DNA from: Octopus bimaculoides
Taxonomy: Eukaryota
Assembly: GCF_001194135.2 (NCBI RefSeq)
Contig: NC_069004.1
Coordinates: forward strand, 22,780,334 to 22,844,333
Length of the DNA: 64,000 bases
Direction of reading: 5' to 3'
Under the pieces are notes generated by a model. The model was not told the DNA's origin, did no database searches, and saw only the letters and a program-made list of their open reading frames with translations. The position numbers and the translations under genes are program-made. Within the stretch, counting starts at the first letter, position 1. The number at the start of each line of letters is the position of its first letter. This document shows positions 12,265 through 25,449 of this stretch, piece by piece.

Positions 12265-12629
12265 NNNNNNNNNNNNNNNNNNNNNNNNNNNNNNNNNNNN
12301 NNNNNNNNNNNNNNNNNNNNNNNNNNNNNNNNNNNNNNNNNNNNNNNNNNNNNNNNNNNNNNNNNNNNNNNNNNNNNNNNNNNNNNNNNNNNNNNNNNNN
12401 NNNNNNNNNNNNNNNNNNNNNNNNNNNNNNNNNNNNNNNNNNNNNNNNNNNNNNNNNNNNNNNNNNNNNNNNNNNNNNNNNNNNNNNNNNNNNNNNNNNN
12501 NNNNNNNNNNNNNNNNNNNNNNNNNNNNNNNNNNNNNNNNNNNNNNNNNNNNNNNNNNNNNNNNNNNNNNNNNNNNNNNNNNNNNNNNNNNNNNNNNNNN
12601 NNNNNNNNNNNNNNNNNNNNNNNNNNNNN

Positions 12630-12679
<50 letters not shown>

Positions 12680-12959
12680 TATGCACACACACACACACAT
12701 ATACAACTAACAACTGTTTCTAACTCCCACTGAATTTTTGAAAGTTAAACTATTTTCTCGAAGTAGAGAGGAAGAGAAAATGTGTCAAATTGTTGGACTT
12801 TGCCCTGTACTGTAATGTAAGCCCCTGCAACAAATCTAATATAAAATTGATGTATAAACTTCTGCAATCTGCAAACCATTGAAGAAGCAAAATTGCTTAT
12901 TGGACTGCTAGCTCATTGGTCTATTTAGTGATGTAGGGAAACGAAGAGCTTTTGGTAAA

Positions 12960-13165
12960 GCAGCAAGCTGGCAGAATTGTTAGCATGGCAGCATTTTGTC
13001 TGTCTTTATATTCTGAGTTCAAATACCACTGAGGTTGATTTTGCCTTTCATCCTTTTGGGGCTGATAAAATAAGTACTAGAGATGAACAGTGGAGATGAT
13101 GTAATCAACACCCCCACCTCTCTGAAATTGCTGGCCTTGTGCCAAAATTTGAACCCATCATTTCC
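12960..13165 (+). mobile_element. SINE family B
   Basis: gcaagctggcagaattgttagc...gttctgagttcaaa...gcctttcatcc. Confidence 0.8.
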
Positions 13166-13239
13166 TTTTGTTAAGGCTGTGAGGTGGCAGTGTCGTTAGC
13201 ATTCCAGGCAAAATGCCCGGCAGCAATATATTTAAGTCT

Positions 13240-13749
13240 GGTACATATTTATAAGTCCCTTCTGCTGAACTGCACAGTTATGGGGATGTAAACAAACCAG
13301 CACCAGTTGTCACTTGGTGTGAGAACAAATACAAACACAGAGGAACACACACATGCATGTGCATGCATCCTCCACCATCACATATATATATCTGAGTTTC
13401 CATCTCCCAGATTCACTCACAAGGCAATGGTTGGCATTAGTGGAAGACATTTGCCCAAGGTGTCGCACAGTAGGACTGAACCCAAACCATGTGGTTGCAA
13501 AACCAGCTTCTTAACTACACAGCTATGCTTGCATGTTTATTAAAGATGATTTCTTTTACTTTTATCTTTTACTTGTTTCATTCATTTGACTGGCCATGTT
13601 GGGGCACCGCCTTGAAGTATTTTTAGTCGAATGAATCAACCCCAGTAGATTTTTTTTTCAAGCCTGGTACTTATTCTATCAGTATCCTATATTGAACTGC
13701 TAAGTTATGGAGACATAAACACACCAACATCGGTTGTCATGTGGCTGGA

Positions 13750-13817
<68 letters not shown>

Positions 13818-14000
13818 TATACATATATACATATACATATATACGACGGTCTTCTTTCAGTTTCTGTCTACCAAATTAACTCACAAGGTCTGGTGGCCCA
13901 AGGCTATAGTTGAAGACACTTGCCCAAAGTGCCACACAGTGTGACTGAACCCAAAACCATATGGTTGGGAAAGAAACTTCTTACAGCACAGCTATGCTCG
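13240..14000 (-). mobile_element. Two tandem SINE family A copies
   Basis: Both end in gactgaaccc...ccatgtggttg (rc of tRNA head). Confidence 0.8.
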
Positions 14001-14109
14001 GATATTCTGTATATTATATTTATTCATTGTAGACAGAGGTATGTATACCTGCGTGGTTAAGAAGTTCACATCATAATCAGGAAGTCATGGATTCTTTCCT
14101 ACTGCATGG

Positions 14110-14300
14110 CATCATCATAATCATCATCATCATCATTTAACATCCATTGGCCATGCTGGACAGTGTGACCAGAGCTGGCAAGCCAGTGGGCTGCACCAGA
14201 CTCCAGTCTGATTTGGCATGACCTCTATGGCTGGATGCCCTTTCTAATGCCACCCACTTTACAGAGTGTACTGGGTGCTTTTATGTGGCACTGAATAGGC
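14110..14300 (-). mobile_element. SINE or short LINE remnant with RTE-type 3' end and (GAT)n tail (family C)
   Basis: (cat)n-ttaacatcc...ggctggatgcccttt..aatgcca; related copies near 10186, 30890, 41440, 54110 and 54720. Confidence 0.7.
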
Positions 14301-14789
14301 ACTTTTATACGGCACTACATGGACACTTTCACAGTGTGCCACACAGGCACTTTTATGAGGAACCAATATGGGTGCTTTACACATCCAGTAGGATTGGTCT
14401 TAACACTTCTGCTGCAGGATACAGGTCTTCTTGAGTACAGCCAGATACCAGGTACCTGAAAGGTATGACTTCCTGAGGTTGTTCTTGGGCAAATATCTTT
14501 GCCATAGTCTCAGGTTGATCCAAGAACTAAGTGAAATTGGAGAGACACAGAAACTTATGTGGAAGTCTTGTGGATGGATATTTACCCATAATTCAAAGCC
14601 TTGTTACATATTGTATCATGTTTTGCTGAATCATTTGAAATCATTAGAATTTATGTTATAGAGATATGAGTCTGTTATTAAATTCTCAGCCTCCTGGATT
14701 AATTGAGTTTTTTGTTAGATTGATTGAACGACTGAATGTTTATTTTTGAAACCAACAGAAGTTCCACTATTTATTTGTAACCCAGGTGT

Positions 14790-15511
14790 GGGCATGGCAG
14801 TATGGTTAAGAAGTTTGCTTCCCAACCATGAGGTTTCAAGTTCAATCCCACTGCGTCACCTCGAGCAAGTGTTCTCTAGTATAGACCTGGGCTGCCCAAA
14901 GCCTTTATGAGTGGGTTTGGTTAATGGAAACTAAAAGAACCCTCTCACATATACATGTGTGTGTGTGTGTGCACCCTTGTCTTCACATCACATGATGGTT
15001 GTAAATAAGTATCAATTTCATACAAGCAATTTGTCCAACTCTTACGTTCCGAGTTCAAATTCCACCAAAGTTGATTTTGCCTTTTATCCTTTTGGGGCTA
15101 CACTTTTACACTCTTACTTGTTTCAGTCATTTGACTGTGGCCATGCTGGAGCACCGCCTTTAGTCGAGCAAATCGACCCCAGGACTTATTCTTTGTAAGC
15201 CTAGTACTTATTCTATCGGTCTCTTTTGCCAAACCACTAAGATATGGAGACATAAACACACCAGCGTCAGTTGTCAAGTGATGTTGGGAAGACAAACACA
15301 GACACACAAACATATACACACACACATACATATATCTATATGTACATATATACGACGGGCTTCTTTCAGTTTCCATCTACCAAATCCACTGACAAGGCTT
15401 TGGTCGGCCTGAGGCTATAGTAGAAGACACTTGCCCAAGGTGTCACGCAGTGGGACTGAACCTGGAACCATGTGATTCGTAAGCAAGCTACTTACCACAC
15501 AGCCACTCCTA
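14790..15511. mobile_element. SINE family A pair: + copy 14790-15010 and - copy 15103-15511
   Basis: Opposite-orientation copies of the family-A consensus. Confidence 0.8.
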
Positions 15512-15829
15512 TGGTTGTTAAAATAAGAACCAGTTGAACATTGGGGTCGATGTAATTGATTTTCCCCCTCCCCGAAATTGCTGGCCTTGTGCCAAAATTT
15601 GAAACCACTATCATACAAGCAATGTTGATCATTTCCAGTCTCATGGGGTAACATGTCTGGCCATGGGATAATATAACCATGCCTGGAAATAGGTAAGGGT
15701 TGACAACAGGATGGGTATCCAACCATTGAGAATCTGCTTAAAAAAAATTCCATCTAACCCATGCAAGCTTGAAAAAGTGTACATTAAGTGATGATGATAA
15801 TGAATTCACACAGTATTGGTTATCTAATT

Positions 15830-16050
15830 ATTGGTTTAAAATTTTGGCACATGACTAGAAAGTTCGGAGGAGGGTCTATGTTGGTTAAATCGACCCCAGT
15901 GCTCAACTGGTACTTATCTTATCAACCCTGAAAGGATGAAAGGCAAAGTCAACCTCGGCAGAATTCAAACTCAGAATGTAAAGATGGATGAAACGCTGCT
16001 AAGCGTTTTGCCCAGCATACTAATGATCCTACTAGCTTGCGACCTTCTTG
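15830..16050 (-). mobile_element. SINE family B
   Basis: ggatgaaaggcaaagtcaacctcggcagaattcaaactcagaatg. Confidence 0.8.
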
Positions 16051-16178
16051 ATCATTTAATTGTTAACGTTGGGCTCTTAACCATTATATGAACAAGTTGT
16101 ACCACTCACACTCTTGTTTATGTTTTTATAAGTAGCTTTTAAAATTCTTAAAGAGAGATGGTTGGAGGGTAGGAGTAA

Positions 16179-16229
16179 GTGATCCCTGATGAGCCTTAAA
16201 AAAGAGGAAACTAATAAGTTTGATCATTT
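16179..16229 (+). ncRNA. Degenerate minimal type-I hammerhead ribozyme motif
   Basis: gtgatcc-CTGATGA-gccttaaaaaagag-GAAAC-taataa-GTT-tgatcat; stem I pairs except 1.1-2.1; stem II closing pairs mutated. Confidence 0.45.
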
Positions 16230-17002
16230 TACCAAGCTACTCAAAATCTTCTAGTTTATCTACAAGGTTTTAATTTTATAGCATGACTTAATATGTGATT
16301 ATATGATGTATAGATGCAATATCATGTGTGTGTGTGTGATTTTCCTTTGGGATTTATTTAATTCTTTTGTTTTGCAGAATTCAAGTGGTCACAAGCAAAG
16401 TGGCACAGCTCGTTTAAGGCAAGACATCTCTTGGGGTTTGAGAATGTGTGTGTGTTTGGGTGTATGTGTGTGGACAGGTGCGTGTGTGTGCACATGTGTG
16501 TCTGCGTATGCACTTGTGTGTGTGTATAAGGAGTGATGGTAGCAGTAGTGGCAGCAATGGTTAACTCTTTTGGTACCAACCCTCCAGAGACCTCCCACTT
16601 GTTCTATGATATAAACTTTTGTTTTTTTAAAGTGATCTAAATTAAAACTTTCCATCAAAATTGCTCGTTAATTTATGCTCTGAATAGCAACAGAGCTTTT
16701 CTAATGGACTGATTTCCTAATGACAAAATTATTTTTCTAAGTTGTTCATTATTTTTAAAATGAACTAAAACAAAAGCACTGTGTTTTGAACAGAAATATG
16801 GTACTGCTTTGGTTTGCCTGTCTTTGACTCTGCAGAACATCCAGGAGCTGGCAACTATTGGGAGATGGTTGTAGCAACACTTGACTGGCATACATTTTTG
16901 CAGTCAAGTCCAAGAATTGAACCTACAATCTTATGATCATGAGCCTGAACTGCAAGCCACCAGGCAAAATACAATACATGTGTGTGGGTGTGATATTTAT
17001 AG

Positions 17003-17320
17003 TGAAGGCACATGGCTTAGTGGTTAGGGTATTCAGCTGATGATCATAATGTTGTGAGTTTGATTCTCAGAAACGTGTTATGTCCTTCAGCAAGACACTT
17101 TATTTCACATTGCTCCAGCCCACTCAACTGGCCAAAATGAGTTGTACCTGTAGTTCAAACGACCAGCCTTGTCACATTTTGTGTCATATTGAATCTACCT
17201 GAGAACTACATTAAGGGTACACGTGTTTGTGGAGTACTCGGCCATTTGCACATTAATTTCATGAGTAGACTGTTCCATTGATCGGATCAACTGGAACCGT
17301 CATCATCATAACAGATGCAG
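17003..17320 (+). mobile_element. tRNA-derived SINE with CORE-like domain (family D); copies at 30113-30420 and 32545-32770
   Basis: ggcacatggcttagtggttagg...gtccttcagcaagacactttatttcac.ttgctccag. Confidence 0.75.
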
Positions 17321-18109
17321 TATTAGTTATTTATCAGTGTGTAAAGCAATGCATGTATATATGTGTGTGTGTGGGTGTATACTATTTCTATTTAATCTTA
17401 TTTTAATGTGTATATAAAGAAGAATAACAGTGATGTTCATGCTGATGGTAGCAGCAGTAATAACGATGGTGGTTACTATTATAGCTGTGGAGGTAGTAGT
17501 ATTGGTGGTGGTAGTGATACTGGTTGCAGTAGTAGAAGAATTACCAGAATATAAAACTTAAGTTCAGATGCCCTCTATTCAAAAACCCCAAAACAAGACA
17601 TTAATTGTAAGTGCCCATCCCCTGCCCTCATACACACCCTCCTATCTTGTTTCCAATTTACAAACATAAAATTAATTACATGATACATAATATCGTTACT
17701 ACAAATCGTTTGTTTTTAAAGAAAATTAAACTATTATGCAACAACCTTTTCATTTTTTTTATATATATATTTGTGTGTGTGTGTGTAAATNNNNNNNNNN
17801 NNNNNNNNNNNNNNNNNNNNNNNNNNNNNNNNNNNNNNNNNNNNNNNNNNNNNNNNNNNNNNNNNNNNNNNNNNNNNNNNNNNNNNNNNNTATATATATA
17901 TATATATATATTTATCTCTTTCTTTATATATTCCTCATGGAATAAATATATACTCTAAACAGCAAACCATGTGTGCAATGAAAGTTATATGTGTGTTTGT
18001 ATCTTTGTTTACACACACACACACTTTGCATATATGTTTCTATCTGTATATATATACATATATGTATTTATATGTATATATGTTTGCAAGCATTTGTGTG
18101 TGTGTGTGT

Positions 18110-18365
18110 ATTTCTTTTATCTTTTACTTGTTTCAATCATTTGACTGCAGCCATGCTGGAACACCACCTTGAAGGATTTTAGCTTCTTTCAGTTTCTGTC
18201 CATCATATCCATTCATAAGGCCTTGGTTGGCCCAAGGCTATAGTAGAAGTCACTTGCCCAAGGCTATAGTAGAAGTCACTTGCCCAAGGTGTCATGCAGT
18301 GGGATTGAACCAAAAACCATGTGGTTGGGAAGCAAGCTTCTTACCACATAGCCATGCCTGCACCT
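18110..18365 (-). mobile_element. SINE family A with internal 26-bp tandem duplication (18230-18289)
   Basis: gcccaaggctatagtagaagtcactt repeated twice. Confidence 0.8.
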
Positions 18366-18459
18366 TCTAAATAATTGTAAATGTATATAATATACATATG
18401 CCCATATATACATATATATGTGCACACAAATTTATCATGGTGATGATGATAATTAGATC

Positions 18460-19070
18460 TGTTATTGTTTTTTTTTATACTTGCATGGTTTGGATAAGTT
18501 TTCTCCAACACAGCATCCTACCACTTGCTATGTTCGTTTGCCTTTTCTCTTGAAGGTTCAGCTTCCTGAGACCCCCCCCCCCCTTCGCCACCTCAGCCTA
18601 TATCTTCCTGGGTCTTCTTTCACATATTCATGCCAACATTACCATTGCTCTTGCTCACTACAATTCATTCCTCTTTTACCTAGTTTCTCTCTCAGCTTGT
18701 CTATGCTGTGGTTTCATGCGCAGTAACACTACACATCTAGCAGATCATATCTCATTTCTTTCCAAATTTTGCACACTCTCTGCATTCAGTGGTCACATCT
18801 CATTACCACGCAACATTATGGATCATAGACAAGCATTGTACAATTTTCACTTCACTCAGAGAGAATCCCTTTGTTCCCACCAGAAGTAACAATTCACTGG
18901 AATTTTTCCGCCCTAATATAATTGTGGCCAATACATTTTTCGGTATACTTTCTCCCACTGCTGATTAGGTCACCTAGGTTAGAGAAGCTAGCAACCACTT
19001 TTGTAGGGCCTCCCAAACATTACACAGAGTTTACTTTACTAGTGTTCCAAGGGATCACTACTCCTGTACA
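18460..19070 (-). mobile_element. RTE-clade LINE 3' fragment
   Basis: rc gives FSNLGDLISSG...SIDKLREKLGKRG, interrupted by stops and frameshifts. Confidence 0.7.
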
Positions 19071-19089
19071 CATACCACAGGTAGAGTCC

Positions 19090-20080
19090 CTAATGTCCTG
19101 TCAACTGCCAGCAGCCTCTGCATGATAGCTTAAGGCATGCAGTGTCTGCTAATATACAGACATGCGCTGAGGTTGTGCCACCTGCCATGATTCCTATGGA
19201 TGTGTATGAATACTGTTTGTGCAACATGTCTTTCCACAGCTCATCACCTTGATGGAGCTGCAGTTTTGAGTGAAGGAAAAACCAAGACTAAGTGCCTAGT
19301 ATCCAGAATGTTGTCAGGTATGTGCCACCCTCTACCAGATGAGCAATGGGATCAGTGGACATTTCACTTTAGCAATCTATAAAGGATTAGTGGAGGGGAA
19401 GTGTGACAACATTCTCAAGAAGACTCTGGACATAAAAAAAAAATGAAGTGGCTAATCTGTTCCAGTGGACTTTCTGGTCAGGACTACCATGGATAATTTC
19501 CAGAAGTCCTTGGCCTGGCAGTGCTACAGAGGGGTGCTACTGGTTTGAGATAGACTCTAAAGGCATGAATGTGCTGTTAGATGGGCTTATTCAAGATGCA
19601 TGCAAAGTGATGATACCATTCTGCATGCAGTCATTCAGTATCTGGGAATTTTCTAATTTGTGGAGTAGGTCAAATAGCTGCTGTTGCATGTGGGATGGAT
19701 CTGTCTATCAGCCAAGTCCATAGTGATGATTGTCCTGCCCGCATCATTTAATTGGGCAGGTAAGACAGTTTTCCTTTGGCTGGTGACTTTGGCAAAAGTG
19801 GTTGTCTGGTGGATAAGGTTGAAAGGTTCAAGAACTCAGACATTCCTCTTTGATAGAATCCTCATTGACTTTTCCAAGTTACACTTGAAACAGAAAGTGA
19901 GAATGGAGAGGGAGAGGCTGACCTCGAGTGAATTTATTGAAAGGCAGGTGAAGTGGCTGAAATGGCACGAATGGATAGCACTGCTCTGAGTTGGAGAACA
20001 GGAATTGCAGAGGGCACTTGTCCCTAGAGTTCAGGGAGATCTTGGATGGTAGGGTTCCTCAATTGACCCAAGAGGTTCTC
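19090..20080 (+). mobile_element. Tx1/L1-clade LINE 3' fragment
   Basis: MDNFQKSLAWQCYRG...RCMQSDDTILHA (zf-RVT-like); homologous to 38900-39450. Confidence 0.7.
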
Positions 20081-20319
20081 CTGTATCAGGAGGCTCACAT
20101 CACTATCACCTTTTCCTGTTTTTTGCTCATGTATATTTCTTTTCTTTTATTTATACAGTATACTGTGTATATGAAAGTATATACAGTATACAGTATGCTT
20201 TGTATATATANNNNNNNNNNATATATATATAATTATTCCATTCTATGTATATCCCTACACTATATGTCTGTCTTTGTATTGTCCTCCCTCATCCATTACC
20301 CTGATGGCAAGTAAAAATG

Positions 20320-21660
20320 TTTTGGTTTTGCTTTAATTTATTCGAGTTGCACCCAAGTCTCAACCAGAGACATCAATAGACAAGGTTTTGCTTCTGAAAA
20401 TGATAAGAGGTGAGGTGCCATGATGCAATTGAAAACATTGATAACTGTGGAACAACAGAAAAAAGAATCAGTAAGGTTGCATTTATGTGGAGAGGGATTT
20501 CGTCTACATCATTGTTTGCTCCTCTTGATATCATTTCAAGTGCCTCAGTAATAATAGGTAATGTTGTTGTTTTGAGATGCCACTTTTTCCCTATTTCAGT
20601 CTCCAGATCCTAATATTATCTCAGTTTTTCAAACATTTTCAGAGATACATTCTGTTGGCTGGGGCTGCACCATTAATCAGAAGACAAGTCTTTTCAATAT
20701 AATTTTCCACAATGAGATCTGGTCAGTTTGCCTGTATTTCCTGATCAGTCTGAACACTGAAATTCCAAAAGATGTTAACCTTGGCATTCTGGGCAAATTG
20801 TGGTGGCTTTTATTCCCACCAATTGTTTCAGTGAGGCGGGTTGTAGGTACAGCATGTTGACCAGTGTATGTACTGAGCTAGCCTGCCATGTCTTTGCAAG
20901 CATTCTGTTGGTGCTAGCCTGTTGCATCCAGAGATTATGTGGTTGATTGTCTCTGGATGCTTTCCACATATGCGGCATGATGAGCTGCTTTCATATTTCA
21001 GGACATTACTCTGGTAATTCCTAGTTGAAAGCAACTGGTCTTGATCAGAAATGATATACCCTTCAGTTTCTGGTTTGAGACCAGAGCATGACAGCCACTG
21101 GTGAGTTAGGACTTGATATACATAAAGGTCCTTGATTCTAGTCAGGTATTTGCCATGCAGTGACCTTTTCTCCTGGTTTTTCTTAATACATTGGAGGCTG
21201 GTTTGTTTGGAGATACTGGTTCATCTTGTTGCATTTCTTGGAGGTATACTTTTGGTATCTTCATGTTTCAGAACCAGCTTTAACATCCAGTTGTTTATTT
21301 GTTGCAGATAGCTAGAAAGTCCCATGGTTGCAATTTTCAATGAAAGTTTGGCTTGTATTGACCCCAACTGCTTTCTTTCCTCAGGACATGTATTCGGTCT
21401 GAGTCTGCTTTTCAGCGATACTTATGCTGCATTATCATCAGCTTTTGTATTTTGGCATCAACTTTGCTGATCTCAGAGAGAGACCAGTTTATAATATTGA
21501 AGTCTTACGTGATTACAGGCATGGCCAATGTGCTTATGGCCTCAATTTTTTTTTTTTTTTTTTTGTGGCATTCAGCTTGGTTTTCAGAATTGCTCTTACT
21601 CTTTGGTAGTATTCCTTCCGTACCTTTTCTCATTAACGAACATTTAATCCCATCTCCTTC
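20320..21660 (-). mobile_element. R4/Dong-clade LINE 3' fragment
   Basis: CCHC motif CRICGKHPETINHIISGC, LWNFSVQTD, and a 3' UTR shared with 62455-62520. Confidence 0.85.
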
Positions 21661-21785
21661 ACAAACTCTTAGATACTTTTAACCAAAAAAAATGAGCTGA
21701 TCATTTGTATGAGTGTGTGTGTGTATCTGTTACCTTTCACTTTGGTGTCTCTGTGGTCATCTGTTCAATCAGAGTTGATCTAGGG

Positions 21786-21900
21786 CAGTGGAGCTCAAGC
21801 AGGGTTCATATGACCCCTGGGTGGGGGTGGGGGTGGAACCATATAAGATTTTTGGGGTTTGTGAAAACAAAACAGTAAATTGGGGATTTACTAGGATTCA
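21786..21900 (+). mobile_element. hAT-type MITE fragment (same family as 170-272)
   Basis: cagtggagctcaag...ccatataagatttttgggg. Confidence 0.55.
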
Positions 21901-22139
21901 ATTGAAATCATTACGAGCTGCAAAGATGGTGGTGATGGGGGCATCAGGGGGCAATAGTAACAGCAGTAGCAGCCACGTCAGTGGTGGCAGTGATGGCGGT
22001 GGTGGTGGTGGTGGTGGTGGCGACGGTGGAATTTCTTGTTAGTAGTCTTGCTAATTTGAGAACACAGATTTCATGGTAAGACAGTTTGACATCTATTTTT
22101 AGCATACAAGGAATCCACATAGTGGTCTCTCCTATTGTT

Positions 22140-22598
22140 TATATTTCATTTCTTTCCTTTTTCTTAAACATAATCTTTTTATTCTTTCTTTTATTTCTTC
22201 TTTCATTCTCTCTTTTCTCTTTCATTTTCTTTTCTTCTTTTTTCTCTCTTTTTCATTACTTTTTCTCATTCTCTCTTTCCAGTTTTCTTGTTCTCTATCA
22301 TTACTTTTCTCTCTCTCTCTCTCTATCTATCTCCTCTCTCTCTCTCTATCTCCTCTCTCTGTCTCTCTCTATCTCCTCTCTCTCCTCTCTCTCTCTCTCT
22401 CTCTATCTCCTCTCTCTCTCTATCTCCTCTCTCCCTATCTCCTCTCTCTGTCTCTATCTCTCCTCTCTATCTCCTGTCTCTCTCTCTCTCTCTCTCTATC
22501 TCTATCTTCTCTCCTTATCTCTATTTCTCTCTCTTTCTGTCTGTCTGTCTGTCTCTCTCTCTGTATTTCTCTCTTCCCTCTCCCTCTCACCCCTATCT

Positions 22599-22640
<42 letters not shown>

Positions 22641-22680
22641 CTCTCTCTCTTCCCTCTCTCTCTATCACCCCCATCTCTCA
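22140..22680. repeat. Long polypyrimidine / (TC)n-derived compound microsatellite
   Basis: About 540 bp almost purely T/C with tctctatctcc units. Confidence 0.95.
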
Positions 22681-23353
22681 TCCCCCAATTCAACAGTCAG
22701 TGTCGATTTCTGCTGACTTGCCCCAATCTCTGCTCCTCCCTTGCTCATTCCCTTGGGAGGGTTGATCAGAGCAGAGAGATTTACTGGTGGTTTTCATGTT
22801 ATTTAACCCTAGGTCTGTTTTGATCGAACAGACTCATGATCAAAGACATTCCAATTGTGATCACTCTGCTTTTTCATGAGTCATTGTATACCTTGGACTA
22901 CATTATCCAATGTGATCTTGTTTTAAAGACTGATAGGCTGTAATTGAAAAGATCTTTGGCTGCTCTTTCAAGCAAACTAGGCTACAACTTAAAGGTTCTC
23001 TTGTTGTTATCACTGGTGGTGGCGGTGGTGGTGTTGATGGTGGTGGTGGTGGTGGTGGTGGTGGTGGTGGCGGTGGCGGTGGCGGCAGTGTAGTGATGAA
23101 AGATCAGTGCACTGTTTTGGGTTTCTTTTTCCCCTTGCTTGCAATCTTATCCTTCCCCACTCACTACCACATCACCACCACTGTCACTGTCACCCCCACC
23201 ACCACCACAATCACACCACATCCAACTCAGCACCCCACCACCTTCCCAATTGAGCTCCAAGACATTTTTGCCACCAAAATTAGTGTTGTCTGACAGTATC
23301 TTCTTACAAACTGTTCTCTTACTTGACCTAATAACTTTGTGTTCTTCACATGA

Positions 23354-23386
<33 letters not shown>

Positions 23387-23468
23387 AAGAGTTGAGGGTT
23401 TTTTTTAAGTGCTGGGATTAATACCTCATCTCCCCCAAAATCTTTTATGGGGAGGGCTGGGTTGTGCT

Positions 23469-23850
23469 TAAGTTAGAATTTCTTTCTTGGGTTGTTTAAA
23501 AATAAGTACCAATTAAATGCTGAGATGGTTCTAATGAAACAAATTTTTTTAATCTGGTATTCTCCACCATATTTGTGGCCCCTTAACTAAGCTAGAATTT
23601 CTTTCTGGGTTGTGAAAATAAGTATGAATCAAGCACTGCAGTTGATCTGTTCAACAATGAAACTGATACACTGCAACCATACTTGAGGCCCCATGTCTAA
23701 ATTACAGTTTCTTCCTGGTACTTTGTAAGTACCAGTTAAGTACTAGAGAAGATCTGTTGGACTTCATGTTCATTCTAGAAATGGTTCCAAAGTTGACCAA
23801 GTAAGTACCAGTCATGTACTGAGGTGGATCTAATTCGCTATGTCTTGTTG
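23469..23850 (+). repeat. Degenerate tandem array of a SINE-core fragment (about 100-119-bp period, 4 units)
   Basis: agaatttctttc..gggttgt..aaataagta at 23469 and 23588; gtaagtaccagt at 23725 and 23801. Confidence 0.55.
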
Positions 23851-24064
23851 CCTAATTTGCAGCTTTGTGCCAAAATTGGATTTTCTTTTTGATCCTTGTT
23901 CTGAGAACTGAAGGAGCCCCCTAGATTTTATTCTACTTTTATATTTATTTGTTTGTTAATGTTGTTATTTTGTTATTGTTATGATTTCACTCCTGTTTCA
24001 GAAAATGTATTTGGTTTTACTCCAAAAATATTATGTTTCATTGTGTGTGTGCGTGTGCGTGTGC

Positions 24065-24105
<41 letters not shown>

Positions 24106-24617
24106 GAGAACTGTGGTATTAAGATCAAACTACATCTATATTTCCTCCCCACCACACACACCTTTTCCAGGATTCTTGTAGAATGGGGTCACATCTACCC
24201 CATATTAATAATTAGTTCAAGATATAATTAATTAAAACCCCTGGAAGCAGAATCCCCAGTATGCTCAATATGATTGCAGTCCAAAGACTTATGGCTGTGT
24301 GATGAAGAATTTCAAAACCACATGGTTTCAGATTCAGTCCCTTTAATGTGGCACCTTTGGCATGTGGCTTCTATTAAAGTCCCAGGCTGACAAAAGTGTT
24401 GTGAGTAAATTTTGTAGATTGAAACTGAAAGAAGACAGACAGCCGACAACTGATGAAGTGTGTTAACGTGTCCTGTTTCCCATTTTTTCTTATTGTTTAT
24501 GTATTTCACTTGTTTTTCCCTTGTTCGTTTACGTATTTCATATTATTTGCACCATTGGTGACATCCTGTACCCATATTTCCAGGTATATATATATTTATA
24601 TATATACAACTTTACAT

Positions 24618-24703
24618 AGACCTACACATGTTTCAATTGCTCCGATTAGTAACCATTGTAATTGCAACCCTTCTATAATACTGGTGCAGTTTCTTCAGGG
24701 TCT
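24618..24703 (-). ncRNA. Type-I hammerhead ribozyme at the Penelope 3' end, catalytic core intact
   Basis: rc: AGACC-CUGAAGA-AACUGC-[45 nt]-GCAAUU-GAAA-C-AUGU-GUA^GGUCU; stem I 5/5 Watson-Crick, stem II 5/6, stem III with palindromic ACAUGU. Confidence 0.8.
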
Positions 24704-25449
24704 TTACTTAATATCCATCAATTTAACTGTTTAAAGTTTTTCATTTATCTACTCTGCATTGTATGAGTTGTTTGTTAAGTTAGACACAAACAATCTCCAT
24801 TTCAATTTTGGATAATCACTTATAGTCCATTATCTCAAAACATTCTGCTGTTTAGATGTTTATTATTCATTTATACTGGACAAATGTAAATTTTCTCATG
24901 TGCAAGCATCTCAAAGCTTGTTCCTATCTAGAATTTATTACATTTCCCTCAGATATAAAAATCTGGTAAAATTCACCTAAGCATAAGTCACATCTTTTAG
25001 TTCCAGGTCTGTATGGTTTTGTAGTACAAATTAATTCCCAATTGATAGTATAGTCTTTGTTTCTGTCTTTAATAGACCAGATTAATTTACTAAGATTTGT
25101 TCGGAATCTTTTACTTTTATATCTAAATGAACTCAAATGATTTGCCAGTCTCCTCTTGAAAATTAATGATGTTGCATTGATGTAAAAGTATTCCTTACCC
25201 TCAGATGCAACTTTACATCTATGTATTACATTGTTAATCTTACATTTATTTTTCACATTACAGGATTCTTGTTTAAAACAACTGCAAAGATAATTTTTTG
25301 CATTTCTCTCAGATTTAGTTTTAATTTGATCATTCATGGTGAAATCAAATTCATTTCCACCTAGGCCTTTATTATTATTTACTCTTTTTGATAACATTAT
25401 CTTTTTCTATTTCGAGCTGAATTTTTATTCAGTTCAACATTATTAACTA

